Assembly (NCBI GenBank): GCA_977020255.1
Contig: CDROCS010001306.1
Location: 310,001 to 374,000, forward strand
Source of the DNA: Obrimoposthia wandeli
Lineage: Eukaryota
Length of the DNA: 64,000 nt
Reading direction: 5' to 3'
Shown: piece by piece, positions 59,465 through 64,000 of the stretch
Numbering within the stretch: the first letter of the stretch is position 1
Layout of the letters: every line of letters starts with the position of its first letter
Program-made: the position numbers and the translations under genes
Notes under the pieces: model-generated
Told to the model about the DNA's origin: nothing
Seen by the model: only the letters and a program-made list of their open reading frames with translations
Databases searched by the model: none

Positions 59465-59682
59465 CTTGAAGAAGGAGTAGGTGGAGCCGCCAATCAGAGT
59501 GCCGTACTTGACCTTGGTCTGCCTAGAAAGTTCCTCAACGCTCGTAATGTCCGACTGCAGACGCTCTATGGTGAGAAAGGCGGCGAGATTGGCGGTGTAG
59601 GAAGAAATCATGATAAGGATAAAGAACCACCACACCGTACTGATCATCCGTGTAGATGTGGCCTTGGGCGATATGTCGCAGC
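59465..59682 (-). CDS. Ionotropic glutamate receptor exon: pore exit, M3 and start of S2
   Basis: [38 protein letters not shown] (SYTANLAAF gate) and KYGT..GGST..FF. Acceptor CCAG at 59683 and donor GTCAGT at 59464. Upstream exons lie beyond the window. Confidence 0.95.
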
Positions 59683-61369
59683 CTGGATAATGCAGAGAAA
59701 TAAATTAATTTTATTACTGGATGAAATCGATGTCATATGTCATTTAGCGGGAGTCATAACTCATTTTAAAACTTGATAAATGAATAGCAACTATATATAT
59801 CATAATAGATGGATCCTTACAGAACTTGTATCAATAAATATATATTGTTGAATTGAAAGGTGTATTTTTGTATTTAAATGAAAATTTAACACATGTTTTG
59901 ATTATGCTTAAGAAGTGATTTCATTTAAAAAATCTGGGATCTCTCAGAAGTTAGCGAAACGTCCATCTAAAGCTTGTGAATTGGAGTATATGCACAATAT
60001 TTATCAATATAATCTGTGTAATAAGCTCCCATTGTTATACTGATACTAAAGATTATATCATTCAAACAAAGCGATTGTTAACTGAGATGGCGCATAATGC
60101 ATAATAGTTTCTCAGTGAAAAAGGAAAATCATTCTACTCTCAGTCAAAAAAAATGCGATGAGCACTTGACCGACAGTTTCAAAACCATTGGAGCCACTTG
60201 ATACCGATATTTTCCCACTGGGATTTGCTCATTGACCTCGTCAACATATGCATTCTGTAAAACTGTGTAATCGCTACTTTTGTTGTCCCCTTTCGTTGTA
60301 GAATATGCTTCTAGTCATTGGCATATGGATTTATTACATTCTCTCTACAACAACAATTTTATATGTCAATAGAATTTGGTCATGAAATAGTGTATTAATC
60401 TTTCTTTACACATATAAATAAATACTACGCAACGTATCGATATACCAGAATCCACCAAATGCCTGATTTTTGTTTAGCCAAAATAAACTCCCAATGTTTC
60501 CAAACGAGATTTAAAATGTGAGCCAGAATAACTATCTCAGCATTGAACTTATATATTCACACAACAATAACGGAGTATTAACTGAAGTTCACAACTATCA
60601 CACACTACTCAATGAACATTTGTACAATTTAAATATAAACCAGAACGTTTTAAATTCAGAGTAAATGAAGAAAAATCAAACTTTATTATTTTCGTATCGA
60701 TAGTTAAAACACTACACAAACGTCAGTAACTGGGAGATTTATGCAAAATATTCGGTAATTTTATATTATTATTTACCTCTAGGATTAGTAAAATTTAAAA
60801 ATAATTTATCAAAAGAAACTACTACCAAGTTTGATAATGATATTGCCACTTCTTTATGGTACAATCTCTTACAAATTATCCAATCAAATTCAATTCTTAA
60901 GATATCTCTTTCTAATAAAAATTAATCTCACAAAATCAGAGTCCATCAAACGTTACCTTGAAGAAAATCCCTCAACAAGTGTCAGAAAATATCAATTGTG
61001 TTGGAACTCATAATCACAAGCATTTTTAGAGAATTAAAAGACCATGGAAATAAAAGATACGTTGCCGATAAGTTCCTTTTAGTTTGACAAATGAACAAGC
61101 ATTTAAGAGAATGAATATATGCAAAACGCTGCTTGAGTATCATATTCATGAAGGGTTTTACAGATTAATATTAAAATCAGATGATAAATCAGAGGAGGGG
61201 GTAAACAGTGGACAGAAAATAAAGTTTGAGAAAAAACTATTGCTATATGTGTGATGGAATTTTAAGGTATTATATATTATGAACTACTTCAAAGTGGGGA
61301 GATAATTAATTATGGCATATATGTCAATCAATGGGAAACGTTCATTCAAATATGATCAATCAGTGTTCC

Positions 61370-61785
61370 GCATTATTTAATCGAAAAAGAGTTTTACTGC
61401 AACATGACAATGCAAAACCTCATACCTTAAAAATTACGTCAAACACATTGAAAATATCGACAACTTTGAATGAATTTCTCATCCAGCAAATAGTTTAGAC
61501 TTGGCTCCTTCTGACTTTCATTTGTTCAGGTCCATGGCTCACTTTCTTGCTGGAAAAACATACCAGAGTGACGAACATGTATACAATGGCATTGCCAAAC
61601 GTTTTCGTGTCTAAATCAGCCGAATGGCACCGTTATTGAATCAAACAGTTGGCATGTAAATACTTGAATTGCATCAATAATGAAGGTTTTTATATTAAAC
61701 ATTATATTTCTATTTTAGTTTTTTTTTCTTCAAAGTTTTCCTAAAATTAACAAAAAGTACATTTCTTTTGAAACAAACTAATACA
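61370..61785 (+). mobile_element. Mariner transposase remnant with 3' TIR
   Basis: LQHDNAKPH and HPA.S.DLAPSDFHLFRSMAH motifs; TIR-like CATTTCTTTTGAAACAAACTAATA at ~61761-61785. Confidence 0.8.
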
Positions 61786-64000
61786 AAAGCTTTTGTTACA
61801 TTCAGCACTAAAATAGAGTACAACTCTGTCCATACAATTGGGTAGAAATAAATTCTAAAACTGCCAATGGTTTCGTGCAAGTCCAGATGTTTTTCCTAAT
61901 CCAGTATTACTTGCTCATTCCTATTTACAAACCACTCTGTATAAACTCGGAAATAATGAGCAAAAAATAGAAATTTCCTTTATGTTGACAGTTTTAAAGA
62001 TAAATATTTTGTATCCTAACAAATTAGTTTCGACATTTTCTTTTTTAAATCGAGGAATCTTCATAGAAAATTCAACCGCAATAATTCTCAACGGAATATA
62101 AATTAAATGTTTTTCAGAAACTCTGAATTTACATTTGACTCAAATGCTTTAACAGTTTTATTTTAAAATAAAACATATATATATTGATATATTGATATAA
62201 ACATTAGAATCTTGAGACATTTTAAAGTTAGCTTCTTCATAGGATGTACACTGTAAAAGTGAACTACAGAAGGTTGTCAACCGAATATTCCAGTTTTAGC
62301 ATTCTTTCATACTGAATATCGATTTGATAATTTTTTGACTGAAGATATTTACTTTGATTTGAGAATTTTTCCATACTGAATTGATAATCGACTTGGGACT
62401 CAATGTCAAATGACGACCACACAGCAAACTTTCCATTGCCAATGAAGTAATATTGGGTCGAATATTGAAGCTAAACTGGAATTTCCGGAATACAAAACCT
62501 CATTAAAATGTCCCATGGCGTTTTACAGTGTAGGCCACGGCAACCCATCCAAACGTTCTAGTTAGTTAGTGGGTGCTATTTTTCAATTCATTGATAACTG
62601 ATGTTTTTCAAAACAATCTTATGCATCTTTTAAAATTGACTAATTTAACTCAACAAATTTTATATGTTTGGTTACGTAAAGAGCCTCGAACGTTTTCAAA
62701 GATATTAGGAAGATTATAGATCATACGTCAACCTCAACGAATCCTTATGTCATGAAAAGTTTGATCTAAATAACTAATGTAGATAAACATCAAGTAGATC
62801 TGCATTTTTTACGTCTGAAACATTTCATTTTCATCTAAGGTTGCTGAAAATAGTCAAAGGAGAATTTTAATATCTAGTCTTCGAGATAAATCTTACTAAA
62901 GCGAAATCAACTAAGCAGGAATAGTTTAGATTATGTCTCTAATGAAACTTAAGTAACTGAACTTACAAGTCAAGCAGTGACTTTGGGTTTTTGTTTTAAT
63001 TTTGAGATTTTTCTTCTTTCAAAATTTTAAAATGTCTGAGAAACTATTTCTTTAAAAACCAAATTAAAGGTTATAAATGATATTGAAGGTGGTAAAACGC
63101 AAATTTATAGTGACTTCTCATTTCTCAAATCAATGGTATCTAATATCTTAAAGATACATACAAAAAAAGCTACCTAAGGACAACAATAGGTAATGATTAA
63201 AAATAAATTTAGATATCCATCTATATGAAATAGAAAAGTGTTTAAAATGATTTAGGGAAGCAAGAGCTCATAATTTATGCTTATCAGGAGCCATATTATT
63301 GGAAAAATCGAATTGATTAATGTTTCACTCTATTAAGCAAATATTAAGCATATATTCATAGTCAATTTAATATGATTAACCTATAGAAATAAAATAAAAT
63401 ATATTGAAGGATACAGATTAGGATTATTCCTTTTTCAATTTGCACTTGAACGTAATTTAGATATTTGAATGAATTATAAAAATACATTTAATTTTACTTA
63501 AAGTTTAAATAGCAAAAACATTTAAAGCATCCACTTAGAATTTTCACTGTTGGTTTTATACAATATTTTCAAATATATTTATTGAAGCAAGAAACATATC
63601 ATTAATGTATTAAGATTTTCACTTTTCATTGTGGGGAATATGTGCGTATGAGTATGTAATATTTAACAAAAACCAACCAAGTGCAAACTGCGTTTTTGCT
63701 TCATTAATTTAAGCTAGGAGAAAAGAAAGGAAATGACTACTTCACCTGCAGTATTTCTATTTCTGTTGATCATCATCGGATGCCTATCGATTACTGATCA
63801 TGCAACCTCAAGGTTGTTTTTGTTCAATAGAAAATATATTAAAAAAAATTGTTACTATTTATAAATTTTTATACAGTTTTGTAAATTTTATGATAGGATA
63901 ATAAATTATTCTCAAAGTATTAAACTAAATTTAATATAGTCAAGATTCATTTCATAAAATATACTTAAAATTATTTATTATATCTGCAAAAAAACGTATA

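Noticed and set aside
59683-64000. Further upstream glutamate-receptor exons (M1/M2, S1, ATD) and the Q/R editing site
   Set aside because: No matching coding segments were found. They must lie beyond the window, so editing status cannot be assessed.

Overview
AT-rich eukaryotic (invertebrate-like) genomic DNA with no prokaryotic features. (1) 1-~16,706 is a near-complete endogenous Maverick/Polinton (adintovirus-like) dsDNA virus. Its left terminus lies just outside the window. The core module is on the minus strand: protein-primed PolB, adenain-type protease, major and minor capsid proteins, RVE integrase with chromodomain, A32-like packaging ATPase and basic core-protein precursors. The accessory block encodes a TBP-like protein, a dual-specificity-phosphatase-fold protein lacking the catalytic Cys and Arg, a BIR-less IAP-like UBA-RING protein and a DEDD-like exonuclease. 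The terminal inverted repeats are unusually long (>=2.08 kb visible, ~2.5 kb inferred) and carry the whole polymerase-domain exon of PolB. The right terminus holds ~20 AGGTCA/TGACCT half-sites and a perfect 30-bp hairpin. Several genes have very short (34-43 nt) GT-AG introns. PolB, MCP and the TBP-like gene each carry one in-frame stop, and the ATPase has one frameshift. (2) 19,332-59,682 (minus) holds the last four coding exons of a host kainate/AMPA-class ionotropic glutamate receptor gene. Its large introns contain decayed Ty3/gypsy, hAT and Tc1/mariner elements. (3) In the intron at ~50-58 kb, a split gypsy element contains the relic of a second, related Maverick (PolB C-terminus plus a homologous promoter and gene start), tandem arrays and an assembly gap. 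All family assignments are motif recognition by eye, not database searches.
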